A stretch of 64,000 nucleotides of DNA from an uncultured delta proteobacterium (GTDB lineage: Bacteria > Desulfobacterota > Binatia > Binatales > Binataceae). A program made the translations under genes and the position numbers. The notes under the pieces are model-generated. The model was not told the origin of the DNA and did no database searches. It worked only from the letters and a program-made list of their open reading frames with translations. The stretch is from the NCBI GenBank assembly GCA_963711565.1, contig CAVQEQ010000001.1, positions 320,001 through 384,000 of the forward strand. Reading direction: 5' to 3'. Shown here one piece after another: positions 19,676 through 29,672 of the stretch (positions are counted from its first letter, which is position 1; each line of letters opens with the position of its first letter).

Positions 19676-21067
19676 ATGGGCAAGGGCAGACACGTTGCGA
19701 AGAGCGAGGAGGGTCGCTTCGACGATCCGCGCTCGACCAACGGCACACCGCGTCAGGTAAATCTCGACAGCAATCCGAATCTTCCGCCGCCGGCGCCGGT
19801 GATCAGCGAAGAGGGTGTCCTCAACCTCAAGTCGCTCAAGCGTGCGAAGATTACCGAGCTGGCGCAGATGGCGCGCGACTTCAACGTCAACGGCGCCACC
19901 AACATGCGCAAGCAGGAGATGATCTTCGCCGTCCTGCAGGCGCAGGCCGCCAAGAACGGATCGATCCTCGGCGAGGGCGTGCTGGAAATCCTGCCCGACG
20001 GCTTCGGCTTCCTGCGCGCGCCCGACTACAACTACCTGCCCGGCCCCGACGACATTTATATTTCGCCGAGCCAGATTCGCAAATTCAACTTGCGCACCGG
20101 CGACGTGGTCTCCGGCCTGATTCGGCCGCCGAAGGAAGGCGAGCGCTACTTCGCGTTGCTCAAGGTCGAGTCGATCAACTACGAGGACCCCGAAAAGGCG
20201 CGCGACAAGATCCTGTTCGACAACCTGACCCCGCTCTATCCTGAGGAGCGGATCAAGCTCGAATACAATCACGAAGATTTGACCACCCGCATCATCGATT
20301 TGGTCGCGCCGATCGGCAAAGGCCAGCGCGGGCTGATCGTCGCGGCGCCGTTCACCGGCAAGACGATGATGCTGCAAGCGATCGCCAAGGCGATCGCGCA
20401 TAACCATCCGGAGATCGTGCTGATCGTGCTGCTGGTTGACGAGCGGCCCGAGGAAGTGACCGACATGCTGCGCTCGGTGCAGGGCGAGGTCGTCAGCTCG
20501 ACCTTCGACGAGCCGGCGACGCGTCACGTGCAGGTCGCCGAGATGGTAATCGAAAAGGCGCGGCGGCTGGTCGAGCACGGGCGTGACGTCGTCATCCTGC
20601 TCGATTCGATCACTCGGCTGGCGCGCGCGTACAACACGGTGGTGCCGCCGTCGGGCAAGATCCTGTCGGGCGGCGTCGACTCCAACGCGCTGCACAAGCC
20701 CAAGAAGTTTTTCGGCGCCGCGCGCAACACCGAAGACGGCGGCAGCCTGACGATTATCGCGACCGCGCTGGTCGATACCGGCAGCCGCATGGACGAAGTA
20801 ATTTTCGAAGAGTTCAAGGGCACCGGCAATCAGCAGATCGCGCTGGACCGGCGCCTGCTCGAAAAGCGCATCTTCCCGACCATCGACATCCAGCGCTCCT
20901 CGACCCGCAAGGAGGAGCTGTTGCTGCCGCGCGCGACGCTCAATCGCGTGTGGATATTGCGCAAGCTGCTGACGCAGCTCAACGCCGTCGAGGCGATGGA
21001 ATTCCTGATCGACAAGATGGACAAGACCAAGACCAACGAGGAATTCCTCGAGTCGATGAACGCCTGA
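19676..21067 (+). CDS. rho: Transcription termination factor Rho
   Basis: [56 protein letters not shown]. Start 19676 has GGGGAAGG upstream; 19646 is an alternative. Confidence 0.98.
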   Translation: MGKGRHVAKSEEGRFDDPRSTNGTPRQVNLDSNPNLPPPAPVISEEGVLNLKSLKRAKITELAQMARDFNVNGATNMRKQEMIFAVLQAQAAKNGSILGEGVLEILPDGFGFLRAPDYNYLPGPDDIYISPSQIRKFNLRTGDVVSGLIRPPKEGERYFALLKVESINYEDPEKARDKILFDNLTPLYPEERIKLEYNHEDLTTRIIDLVAPIGKGQRGLIVAAPFTGKTMMLQAIAKAIAHNHPEIVLIVLLVDERPEEVTDMLRSVQGEVVSSTFDEPATRHVQVAEMVIEKARRLVEHGRDVVILLDSITRLARAYNTVVPPSGKILSGGVDSNALHKPKKFFGAARNTEDGGSLTIIATALVDTGSRMDEVIFEEFKGTGNQQIALDRRLLEKRIFPTIDIQRSSTRKEELLLPRATLNRVWILRKLLTQLNAVEAMEFLIDKMDKTKTNEEFLESMNA

Positions 21068-21099
21068 TCATTGGGGCTGGCTTAAGGGCTTAAGAAGGG

Positions 21100-21134
21100 G
21101 CTTTTTTGTAGTGGGGCGGGCCGCCGTGCCCGCC
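21100..21134 (+). repeat. REP (family A), left of RAYT
   Basis: GCTTTTTTGTAGTGGGGCGGGCCGCCGTGCCCGCC: GTAG/GTGG followed by a GGCGGGC/GCCCGCC stem. Confidence 0.9.
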
Positions 21135-21154
21135 ATTCTGACAGCGGGCATTAG

Positions 21155-21601
21155 ATGATGCCTGACTCATCTCACTTTTACCGCAGGCGACTGCCGCATT
21201 ACCGCGAGCGAGACGCTGTCTATTTCGTGACCTGGCGACTTGCCACAGGCATAGAATTGTCGCCGCCGGAGCGCGATCTGATCGCGGCGGAACTGCATCA
21301 CAGTCACGATCAACGCTACGAGCTATACGCCTGCGTGGTCATGAACGACCATGTGCACGTCCTGCTGCGAATCTTGCACGAAGAGCCTCTCGAGAAGATC
21401 GTTCATTCGTGGAAGTCGTTCACCGCGCATGCGATCCAGCGCCGGCATGGACGCCGCGGGCGAGTCTGGCAGGATGAGTACTTCGACCGAATTGTCCGCG
21501 ATGAAAAAGAGCTTGAGCAAAAATTCAACTACATCCTTGGTAACCCATGGACGCGATGGCCGGAGCTCAAGGATTATCGGTGGGTTTGGCCGAGAGATTA
21601 G
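21155..21601 (+). CDS. REP-associated tyrosine transposase (RAYT/TnpAREP, HUH Y1)
   Basis: RRLPH, YFVTWR, VMNDHVH (HUH), WKSFTA, WQDEYFDR.VRD, YI..NP; flanked by REPs. Confidence 0.92.
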   Translation: MMPDSSHFYRRRLPHYRERDAVYFVTWRLATGIELSPPERDLIAAELHHSHDQRYELYACVVMNDHVHVLLRILHEEPLEKIVHSWKSFTAHAIQRRHGRRGRVWQDEYFDRIVRDEKELEQKFNYILGNPWTRWPELKDYRWVWPRD

Positions 21602-21633
21602 GTAAGCGTGGGCGCGGACGCTCGCGCATCGAG

Positions 21634-21755
21634 GGCGGGCACGGCGGCCCGCCCCACTACAAAAAAAGCTAGGAACCGGACACCCACTCTAGTGGGGCGG
21701 GCCATTTCCTAGTGGGGCGGGCCGCCGTGCCCGCCATCCTCGCATGCCCGCCATC
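21634..21755. repeat. REP cluster (family A), right of RAYT
   Basis: Inverted copy 21634-21669, truncated copy 21690-21703, forward copy 21710-21735, 3' fragment about 21745-21755. Confidence 0.9.
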
Positions 21756-21793
21756 GATGATTTTTTTCGGCAAGTAGCGTATAACTTTCTGAC

Positions 21794-22120
21794 GTGAGCA
21801 ACCTGAAAAGCCGCTACCTCGCGGCGCTCGCGTTCGTGGGCTGGTATCTGATGATGCCGCCCGATTCCAGCAGGATCCCTCATGATGTCGATGTTGACGT
21901 TCCGCTCTCCCGCTGGACTATTGTCACCAATTACGACACCCAGGAGCATTGCGAGAAGGTGCTCGCGGACATTCAGAACAGTTTTCAGGACCCGGCGGAG
22001 CTTGATAAAACGGGCAGACTCAGGCGCCTCCAGAAAAATGACCCCGCGCTGGGAAAAGCGCGCGCGATCAATGCCGCCTGCGTCGAGAGCGACGACTTCA
22101 GATTGAAGGGCAGGAAGTAG
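21794..22120 (+). CDS. Small secreted/membrane hypothetical protein (VGWYLMMPP ... C ... CVESDDFRL)
   Basis: GTG start just after a TATAAC -10 box, hydrophobic N-terminus, two Cys. Confidence 0.7.
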   Translation: MSNLKSRYLAALAFVGWYLMMPPDSSRIPHDVDVDVPLSRWTIVTNYDTQEHCEKVLADIQNSFQDPAELDKTGRLRRLQKNDPALGKARAINAACVESDDFRLKGRK

Positions 22121-22121
22121 T

Positions 22122-22517
22122 ATGAAGCGACGCCACGCAGGCGCGCTCGCGCTTGTAGCCTCGATCATCTTTAGTTGTTTGACGAGTTGCGCGACATACC
22201 AGGTTGAGGGGATGACTGTGAAGAGTCAGGCCCATGGTCATGGCGTCATGATTTTAACGTATAAGGATGGGTGGTTCGCGCCACTCGGAGACGAAGGGCA
22301 AGGGATCTCTATCGCCACCGAGATTTGCAATGAACGGGGATACTCGGGAGCAACAACACTCGGCCAGGACGAACGGTGTCTTACCCACGAGTGGCAAATA
22401 CCCTACTTGTTCGCCGCGTGCTACGAGACCGTTTTGACGGCCAGTTACTACTGTGATGAAGCCACAAGCGCTCCCCACTTGCTTAACACTTGGTTCCAGT
22501 TCATCCCGGCAAATTAA
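22122..22517 (+). CDS. Cys-rich predicted lipoprotein, unknown function
   Basis: [12 protein letters not shown]...LTSC lipobox-like, AGGAAG RBS, lower GC, starts 1 nt after the previous stop. Confidence 0.65.
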   Translation: MKRRHAGALALVASIIFSCLTSCATYQVEGMTVKSQAHGHGVMILTYKDGWFAPLGDEGQGISIATEICNERGYSGATTLGQDERCLTHEWQIPYLFAACYETVLTASYYCDEATSAPHLLNTWFQFIPAN

Positions 22518-22618
22518 GACAGTACCCCGCAATCGAGCACGCTTTCCTACCGCGCCCCACCCTGATAATACTTACAGATTGCCCCGCGCACGGGGCCAAG
22601 AGGCAAGGACTAAATTCT

Positions 22619-23401
22619 ATGACTGAAATTAGTATGAAGCAGCTCCTGGAGGCCGGCGTTCATTTCGGCCATCAGACCAGCCGCTGGAACCCGAAGATGA
22701 AGCAATACATCTTCGGCGCCCGCAACGGTATTTACATTATCGATCTGCAGCAGACCGTGAAGATGTTTCGCGCGACCTTCGACTTCGCGCGCGATCTCGC
22801 GGCGGCGGGCGGCACGATGCTGTTCGTGGGCACCAAGAAGCAGGCCCAGGACATCGTCAAGGAAGAAGCCGAGCGATGCGGCATGTACTACGTGAACAAC
22901 CGCTGGCTCGGCGGGATGCTGACCAACTTCCAGACTATTCGCGCGTCGATCGACCGGCTCCGGAAGCTCGAAGAGACGATGGCCGACCCGGAAATGATTA
23001 AGGCGCTCACCAAGAAAGAGATGAGCGACAACGGCCGCGAGCATGAAAAGCTGATGGCGACGCTGGCCGGGATCAAGAATATGCGCAAGCTGCCGGACGC
23101 GCTGTGGGTGATCGATACCAAGAAAGAAGATATCGCGGTCGCGGAAGCGAACCGCCTAGGAATCCCGGTCGCGGCTGTGGTCGATACCAACTGCGACCCC
23201 GACCTGATCGCGTACCGAATCCCCGGCAACGACGACGCTATCCGCGCGATCAAGCTGTTCACGGCCGCCGTCGCCGACGCGATCCTCGAAGGCAAGCAGA
23301 TTGCCGAGGAGCGCGCCAAGGGGCAGCAGGATATTCGCTCGGACGCGGGCGCCGCGGCAGACCCGGGGGCATCGGCGCCCGATTCGCCAAGCGCGGTCTA
23401 G
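22619..23401 (+). CDS. rpsB: 30S ribosomal protein S2
   Basis: [44 protein letters not shown]. Confidence 0.98.
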   Translation: MTEISMKQLLEAGVHFGHQTSRWNPKMKQYIFGARNGIYIIDLQQTVKMFRATFDFARDLAAAGGTMLFVGTKKQAQDIVKEEAERCGMYYVNNRWLGGMLTNFQTIRASIDRLRKLEETMADPEMIKALTKKEMSDNGREHEKLMATLAGIKNMRKLPDALWVIDTKKEDIAVAEANRLGIPVAAVVDTNCDPDLIAYRIPGNDDAIRAIKLFTAAVADAILEGKQIAEERAKGQQDIRSDAGAAADPGASAPDSPSAV

Positions 23402-23503
23402 TCAACCGACTCGATTTTCAAGTCCGCAACAGAGCTGGTCAACGTGCCGGTCGCTTGCAGTAGAGCGACCGGCCAAGAATACTAGCTCAACTCAGGAATT
23501 GCG

Positions 23504-24118
23504 ATGAAACTAACTCCGAAGCTGATACAGGAACTGCGCGAGAAGACCGGCGCCGGCATAATGGATTGCAAGCGAGCGCTGTCGGAGACTGACGGAGATC
23601 TCGAAAAAGGCATACTGTGGCTGCGCGAGAAGGGAATCGCCGCCGCTGCCGGCCGTGCGGGCCGGGTCGCATCCGAGGGCGCGGTCGGTTCGTATATTCA
23701 CGCGGGCGGCAAGATTGGCGTGCTAATCGAAGTCAATTGCGAGACCGATTTCTGCGCCAAGTCGGAAGCATTCCAGGCGTTGGTGAAGGAACTCGCACTG
23801 CAGGTCGCGGCGCTCAATCCACGCGTCGTGCGGCGCGAGGAGTTGTCGCCCGAGGTCATCGAGCAGGAGCGCCAGATCTACGCGTCGCAGGCCGAGGGCA
23901 AGCCCGCGGCGGTGGTGGCGAAGATCGTCGACGGCAAAATCGAGAAATTCTACAAGGAAGCATGCCTGCTCGAGCAGGCGTACGCGCGCGATCCCAACAA
24001 GACTGTCAACGATCTGCTGGGCGAGGCCGCCATCCAGATGCGGGAAAAGATCGACGTGCGGCGCTTCACGCGCTATCAGTTGGGCGAGGCGCTGGACGCC
24101 AAGGCGGTGCCGGCTTAG
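23504..24118 (+). CDS. tsf: Elongation factor Ts (short form)
   Basis: LREKTGAGIMDCK, EVNCETDF, RRFTRYQLGE. Confidence 0.98.
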   Translation: MKLTPKLIQELREKTGAGIMDCKRALSETDGDLEKGILWLREKGIAAAAGRAGRVASEGAVGSYIHAGGKIGVLIEVNCETDFCAKSEAFQALVKELALQVAALNPRVVRREELSPEVIEQERQIYASQAEGKPAAVVAKIVDGKIEKFYKEACLLEQAYARDPNKTVNDLLGEAAIQMREKIDVRRFTRYQLGEALDAKAVPA

Positions 24119-24138
24119 GCGCGCCGATGCGATTGTTC

Positions 24139-24171
24139 CGCTTCCCTCAAGGGGAAGGGGTTAGGGTTAGG
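24139..24171 (+). repeat. Family-B hairpin with G-tract tail
   Basis: CGCTTCCCTCAAGGGGAAGGGGTTAGGGTTAGG between tsf and pyrH. Confidence 0.75.
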
Positions 24172-24221
24172 TTGCGTTCTACGGGGGCTGTTTCGGATGT
24201 ATCGCAGGAGCATCCAGAAAG

Positions 24222-24971
24222 ATGGCTGAAGTTCAAAGTGCGACGGACGGCAAGCCGCGCTTCAGCCGTATCCTGCTGAAACTATCCGGCGAGGCGCTCG
24301 CGCCCACGCAAGGGTCGGGACTCGACCTCGACGCGCTGGCCGAGATTGCGCTCGAAATCAAGGGAGTTGCGGCGCTCGGCGTACAGCTGGCGCTGGTGAT
24401 CGGCGCCGGCAATTTCATCCGCGGCAGCGATTATGAGGCGCGCGGGATGGATCGCTCGACCGCCGATCAGATGGGGATGCTGGCGACCGTGATCAACGCG
24501 CTCGCGCTGCAAAACGCGCTCGAGCATGTCGGCGTCGTCACGCGCGTGCTGTCCGCCATCGAGATGCAGGCGCTGTGCGAGCCGTACATCCGCCGCCGCG
24601 CCGTGCGCCATCTCGAAAAGGGCCGCGTCATTATATTCGCGGCCGGCACCGGCAATCCTTACTTCACGACCGACACGGCTGCCAGCCTGCGCGCGATGGA
24701 AATCGGCGCCGAGGTGATTCTCAAGGCGAGCCATACGGTTGACGGGGTCTACGATCGCGACCCGGTGCGCGAGCCGGGGGCCAAGCGCTTCGACCGGCTG
24801 ACTTATATCGAGGTGTTGCAAAAAAATCTAAAAGTGATGGACTCGACGGCCATCTCGATGTGCATGGATAATCGTCTGCCGATCATCGTGTTCAATTTGC
24901 GCAAAGCGGGTAATATAAGAAGGGCCGTAATGGGCGAGCAAATCGGGACCCGGGTGGAGAGCGCACCGTGA
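24222..24971 (+). CDS. pyrH: UMP kinase
   Basis: [39 protein letters not shown]. Confidence 0.98.
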   Translation: MAEVQSATDGKPRFSRILLKLSGEALAPTQGSGLDLDALAEIALEIKGVAALGVQLALVIGAGNFIRGSDYEARGMDRSTADQMGMLATVINALALQNALEHVGVVTRVLSAIEMQALCEPYIRRRAVRHLEKGRVIIFAAGTGNPYFTTDTAASLRAMEIGAEVILKASHTVDGVYDRDPVREPGAKRFDRLTYIEVLQKNLKVMDSTAISMCMDNRLPIIVFNLRKAGNIRRAVMGEQIGTRVESAP

Positions 24972-25531
24972 GCATGCTTACGGACACAATCGAAGACGCG
25001 CGCAAGGAAATGGACAAGACCGTCGAGGCGTTTCGCCACGAACTCGCCCGCGTCCGCACCGGCCGCGCGTCAACCGCGCTGGTCGAAAATCTGCAGGTGA
25101 ATTACTACGGCTCGAAAACGCCACTGCGGCAACTCGCGGGGTTGTCGGCGCCGGAGCCGCGCCTGATCGTGATAACGCCGTACGACAAGGGCGCGATGCA
25201 CGATATCGAAAAAGCGATCCAGACTTCGGACCTCGGCCTGTCGCCGATGAACGACGGCAAGATCATCCGCATTCCGATTCCCGAGCTAACCGAGGAACGC
25301 CGCAAGGACCTGGTCAAGCACGTACGCAAAATCGGCGAGGAATTCCGCGTCGGCGTCCGCAACCATCGCCGCGACGCCAACGACATGCTCAAGGAACTGC
25401 ACAAGGACAAGCAGGCCACCGAGGACGAGATGCGCGCGGGCGAGACCAAGGTGCAGACTTACACGACCGAGTTCATCGAAAAAATCGACAAAGTGCTGGC
25501 CGCCAAAGAAGCGGAAATCATGGAGGTCTGA
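24968..25531 (+). CDS. frr: Ribosome recycling factor
   Basis: [32 protein letters not shown]. Confidence 0.98.
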   Translation: MSMLTDTIEDARKEMDKTVEAFRHELARVRTGRASTALVENLQVNYYGSKTPLRQLAGLSAPEPRLIVITPYDKGAMHDIEKAIQTSDLGLSPMNDGKIIRIPIPELTEERRKDLVKHVRKIGEEFRVGVRNHRRDANDMLKELHKDKQATEDEMRAGETKVQTYTTEFIEKIDKVLAAKEAEIMEV

Positions 25532-25559
25532 GCTCGCCCGTCAAACGGCGCGACCCTCG

Positions 25560-26363
25560 GTGAAGACTGAACGCCAAGTGGCCATCTCACTACCACTCAA
25601 CGATTTCCCGAACCTCTCTCTGGATCCATCGCGGATGCCGCGTCACGTGGCGATCGTGATGGACGGCAACGGCCGCTGGGCGAGCCGGCGCGGACTCTCG
25701 CGCCACGAAGGCCATCGCCGCGGCAAAGATTCGGTCCGCGCGGTGGTCGATGCGGCGCGCGAACTCGGCATCCCGTACCTAACGCTGTACGCATTTTCGA
25801 GCGAAAACTGGGGACGGCCGACCACCGAAGTCAGCTTCCTGATGGGGCTGTTCCATCGCTACCTCATCACCGAAACCAAGCGCCTGATGAAACGCGACAT
25901 CCGCGTACTGGCTCTGGGAGATACCGAGCGGCTGCCGCCGCGGGTGCGCGATGCGCTGGCCGAGACGGTCGCGGCGACGCGCGATAATCGCGGGATGACG
26001 GTGGCGCTGGCGTTGTCGTACGGCGGACGCCAGGACATCGTCAACGCGACGCGCTCGATCGCGCGCGCGGTGGCCGATGGCGCGCTCTCGCCCGATCAAA
26101 TCGACGAGCAACTGGTAGCGCGCGAGCTGACGACCACCGGGCTTCCCGATCCCGACCTGCTGATTCGAACCTCGGGAGAACTTCGCGTCTCCAATTTTTT
26201 TCTGTTTCAGCTCGCCTACACCGAACTCTATTTCACCGATACGCTGTGGCCCGATTTCCGCGAGCGCGAATTTCTGAGCGCGATCGCCGCCTACCAGCTT
26301 CGCGAGCGCCGCTTCGGCGCTGTCACGAACGGCACCGACACCCGGCTGCGTGCTCAGAACTAG
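25560..26363 (+). CDS. uppS: Undecaprenyl diphosphate synthase
   Basis: HVAIVMDGNGRWA, YAFSSENW.RP, DPDLLIRTSGE.R.SNF. Confidence 0.97.
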   Translation: MKTERQVAISLPLNDFPNLSLDPSRMPRHVAIVMDGNGRWASRRGLSRHEGHRRGKDSVRAVVDAARELGIPYLTLYAFSSENWGRPTTEVSFLMGLFHRYLITETKRLMKRDIRVLALGDTERLPPRVRDALAETVAATRDNRGMTVALALSYGGRQDIVNATRSIARAVADGALSPDQIDEQLVARELTTTGLPDPDLLIRTSGELRVSNFFLFQLAYTELYFTDTLWPDFREREFLSAIAAYQLRERRFGAVTNGTDTRLRAQN

Positions 26364-27147
26364 GCTCCTGACAGCGGCGGTCCTGCTGCCCGCGATGGGC
26401 GCGCTGGTACTTTTCGCGCCTGCCTGGTTCTTCACGATTTTCAACGCGATCGCCGGAATCTGGGGACTCTACGAGGTCGCCGCGATGACCGGCGCTCTGC
26501 ATTGGGTGGCGGTACCGCTGTTCGCGGTCGTCGGCGGCGTGCCGTTATTCGCGCTGCTCTACGACGCCCCCGACCTGGGATTTGTTGGATGGCTGGTGAC
26601 GCTGATCGTGATCCTCATGATGCTTGGGTTGGTCGTGCGGATCGAACTCGCCGGCGGCGGTGAACGATTCCGAGGTCCGCGATTGGTGTTCATGGGCGCG
26701 GCGTATGTCGGGTTTCTGTTCCCCTACTTCGCGCTGCTGCGCAATCTTCCCGGCGGCCAATACATGCTCCTGCTGGTCATCTTGCTGGCGGTGATAAGCG
26801 ACAGCGGCGCGTACTTCGCCGGCAGGTACATGGGCCGCACGAAGCTCGCGCCGAGTGTCAGCCCGAACAAGACGGTTGAGGGCGCGGTCGGCGGCTTGAT
26901 CGCGACAGTAGTGGGCGGCTGGCTGCTGTTTGAGATCATCGGCGGGACGTGGGATATGTGGCGAATCCTGCTATTTGCGGCTATCGTTTCCATCCTTGCG
27001 CAGCTTGGCGACCTGGCGGGCTCGGCATTGAAACGCGCGGCGGGAGTCAAGGACTCGGGTTGGATTTTCCCGGGGCATGGCGGTCTGCTCGATCGCACAT
27101 GTTCACTGGTCTTCGCGCTGTTTTTCGCCTACTATTGGTTTCAATGA
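26350..27147 (+). CDS. cdsA: Phosphatidate cytidylyltransferase
   Basis: DSGAYFAG, SPNKTVEG, GDL..S.LKR.AGVKDSG..FPGHGG.LDR. Confidence 0.95.
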   Translation: MLRTRLLTAAVLLPAMGALVLFAPAWFFTIFNAIAGIWGLYEVAAMTGALHWVAVPLFAVVGGVPLFALLYDAPDLGFVGWLVTLIVILMMLGLVVRIELAGGGERFRGPRLVFMGAAYVGFLFPYFALLRNLPGGQYMLLLVILLAVISDSGAYFAGRYMGRTKLAPSVSPNKTVEGAVGGLIATVVGGWLLFEIIGGTWDMWRILLFAAIVSILAQLGDLAGSALKRAAGVKDSGWIFPGHGGLLDRTCSLVFALFFAYYWFQ

Positions 27148-27211
27148 TGCGGCTTTGGGAGCCGCATTTTCGCGCTCGAAACATTCCGCATCGAACTTGC
27201 GAGCAGACTAA

Positions 27212-28648
27212 ATGATATCGTCGATTTTTTACTTCGCACTAGTCTTCGCCGTTTTGGTGGTCGTGCACGAGGCGGGCCATTTTGCGATGGCGAAGAAGGT
27301 CGGAGTTCGCGTGCTGCGATTCTCGATCGGCTACCCTCCGAAGGTATTGGGATTCCGGCGCGGCGAGACCGAGTACTCGATCGGCGCGACTCCCTTCGGC
27401 GGCTACGTCCGAATGCTCGGCGACGAAGTCGGCGAGAAACCCACGCCTGACGAAATCAAACTGTATCTTCACGAAGTCGGGCTCGACCTGATCGGTGCCG
27501 CGCGCGAGCACGGCGCGGCTCTAGCCGGCTCCGGATTCGACGACAATTTGCGCATAGTTGCGGAGCGCTTGAGCGGCACGCCCGACATCGGCGGCCCCGC
27601 CCACGCGCCGATATCCGTACAGTCTGGCAACACGGCGCTTGCGACTTCGCTACCTGACGCGCCGCCGGTGCCGATGCTTGCGCTCGCTCCGGCCAACATC
27701 ATCGGCCGCGAACTGAAGCCCGATGAAGCGCTGCTTCTCAACGAAGTGCGCCGCCAGCCCAAGGTTGACGATGCAATCAAAGAGCTGGCGGAACATGCGC
27801 CCGCCGCGCTGGTCCAGGAGTACTGCAAGCGCGCGTTCCCGACCCAGTCGCTCGGCAAGCGCATCCTGATCGTACTGGCGGGACCGCTGTCCAACATCAT
27901 TTTCGCACCCATCCTGCTGACATTCATCTTCATGTACGGCGTGCCGCAATTGTTGCCGGTCGTCGGCAAGACCACGAAAGACCTGCCGGCGGCAAAGGCG
28001 GGACTTCAAGTCGGCGATCGAATTCTCGCGGTAAACGGCCAGCCGATGGACACCTGGGCCGACTTTTCCAAGACCGTGAAGGCCGGCGACGGCTCTCCGA
28101 TCAAGCTGGAAATCACTCGGGACGGCGCGCGCAGCACGATCGTGATCACGCCGACCCGGCTCGATCAAAAGACCATCTACGGCACCAACGCAACGACGTG
28201 GGTAATCGGGGTACAGCCGAGCGGCGACTCGGTCTCGAAGCGGTATGGTCCGATAGGCGCGGTGAGAGAAGCGTGCGAGACATCGGTTGAGATGACCGTG
28301 CAGATGGTGGTCGGAATCGCCAGCATCTTCACCGGCAGCACACCCGTGCGTGACGCGATCGGCGGGCCAATCATGATCGCGAAGATGGCCGGACAGGAGG
28401 CGCATGAAGGGCTCGCGAATCTCGCGATGTTTACCGTGATGCTTAGCCTCGAGCTCGGAATCATGAACCTGCTGCCGGTTCCCCTGCTCGACGGCGGACA
28501 TCTGCTGTTCTTCGTCTTCGAGGGTATCAAGGGCAAGCCGCTCGAACTTCGCTATCGTGAGGCGATGCTCCAAGTCGGATTGTTTTTACTCGTAGCGCTG
28601 ATGGCGTTCGTAATCTTCAATGACATCTCGCATATTGTGCAGGGTTAA
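27212..28648 (+). CDS. rseP: RIP metalloprotease RseP, with an N-terminal insertion
   Basis: HEAGH, FSIG, GGYVRM, AGP..N, single PDZ, NLLPVPLLDGG. Confidence 0.95.
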   Translation: MISSIFYFALVFAVLVVVHEAGHFAMAKKVGVRVLRFSIGYPPKVLGFRRGETEYSIGATPFGGYVRMLGDEVGEKPTPDEIKLYLHEVGLDLIGAAREHGAALAGSGFDDNLRIVAERLSGTPDIGGPAHAPISVQSGNTALATSLPDAPPVPMLALAPANIIGRELKPDEALLLNEVRRQPKVDDAIKELAEHAPAALVQEYCKRAFPTQSLGKRILIVLAGPLSNIIFAPILLTFIFMYGVPQLLPVVGKTTKDLPAAKAGLQVGDRILAVNGQPMDTWADFSKTVKAGDGSPIKLEITRDGARSTIVITPTRLDQKTIYGTNATTWVIGVQPSGDSVSKRYGPIGAVREACETSVEMTVQMVVGIASIFTGSTPVRDAIGGPIMIAKMAGQEAHEGLANLAMFTVMLSLELGIMNLLPVPLLDGGHLLFFVFEGIKGKPLELRYREAMLQVGLFLLVALMAFVIFNDISHIVQG

Positions 28649-29441
28649 TCGGCTGATCGAACAGGCGGCCGCGGCGCGCCCGGTCCTGGGACTCGATACC
28701 TCCACATCAATCGCATGCCTCGCGCTGATTGCCGGCGGCAAAGTCGCAGCGTCGATCAGGCGGCCTGCAACGTCGCACGGCGCCGCACTGCCGGGCGCTA
28801 TCGACGAGGTTCTCGCCGCGGCAGGGCTGGCGATTTCAGGCGTCGGTGCAATTGCGGTCGGCACCGGGCCGGGCTCGTTCACGGGCCTGCGCATCGGGCT
28901 CAGCTACGCCAAGGGAATCGCGATGGCGTCGGGCTGCGCGCTGGTCGGAGTGCCCAGCTTTGATGCGATGGCACTAGCAGCGCTCGAGCGCAACAATATT
29001 GGGGCGGGCCGGCTGGTCTGCGTGGTTGTGGATGCTCGCAAGGGCGAAGTTTACGCGGCCCTTTACCGGGTCGTGGCCGATGGGCTAGAAAAACTGTCAG
29101 AGGAACTGGTAATCGCGCTGGAACACCTGGCATCGCGCATAACCGAGGACGTAATGTTCGTCGGTGACGAAAGAGCGAAGGATGCGGCGGCCCTTGTGGA
29201 ATCGCGGGGCCATTGGGTGGAGGTTTTCGATACAGGGATGCTCGATTTGCGCGGAGTCTGCGTCGCGGCGCTGGGCGGGGCGCGGTTTGCCCGTGGTGAA
29301 ACGGATCGAGCGGCTTCGCTGGAGCCGCTATACATCAGGACGCCGGAGGCTACGTTCAAGCCCACATCGAAAAATCCGGCAGGCATAGGCACGGAGGGCG
29401 TATGGAGCATCGAGAGGAAGAACTCATTCGGCAGCATCTGA
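28620..29441 (+). CDS. tsaB: tRNA t6A biosynthesis protein TsaB
   Basis: LGLDTS, GPGSFTGLRIG, DARKGEVY, LEPLYIR. Start position uncertain. Confidence 0.93.
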   Translation: MTSRILCRVNRLIEQAAAARPVLGLDTSTSIACLALIAGGKVAASIRRPATSHGAALPGAIDEVLAAAGLAISGVGAIAVGTGPGSFTGLRIGLSYAKGIAMASGCALVGVPSFDAMALAALERNNIGAGRLVCVVVDARKGEVYAALYRVVADGLEKLSEELVIALEHLASRITEDVMFVGDERAKDAAALVESRGHWVEVFDTGMLDLRGVCVAALGGARFARGETDRAASLEPLYIRTPEATFKPTSKNPAGIGTEGVWSIERKNSFGSI

Positions 29442-29632
29442 CCCATGACGAGGACCTGAGAGCCCTCTACACGGAGCATCAAGCGCTCAAGCAAAAACTC
29501 GAAGTCTTTAGAAATAAGCTTTATCTGACCAACGAAGAGGAAATCGAAGAAAAGCGCATCCAGAAGCTTAAGCTGGCCTCGAAAGACCGCATGATGGCGA
29601 TTCTCGGGCGCTATCAACAAGAGGCTCGCTGA
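29402..29632 (+). CDS. DUF465/YdcH-family small protein
   Basis: EH..L, LT.EEE.E..R..KLKL..KD pattern; ACGGAGG RBS. Confidence 0.8.
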   Translation: MEHREEELIRQHLTHDEDLRALYTEHQALKQKLEVFRNKLYLTNEEEIEEKRIQKLKLASKDRMMAILGRYQQEAR

Positions 29633-29672
29633 CGCCACAGGGTTCCGGCCATGAGCGCGCGCACTCCACCGC

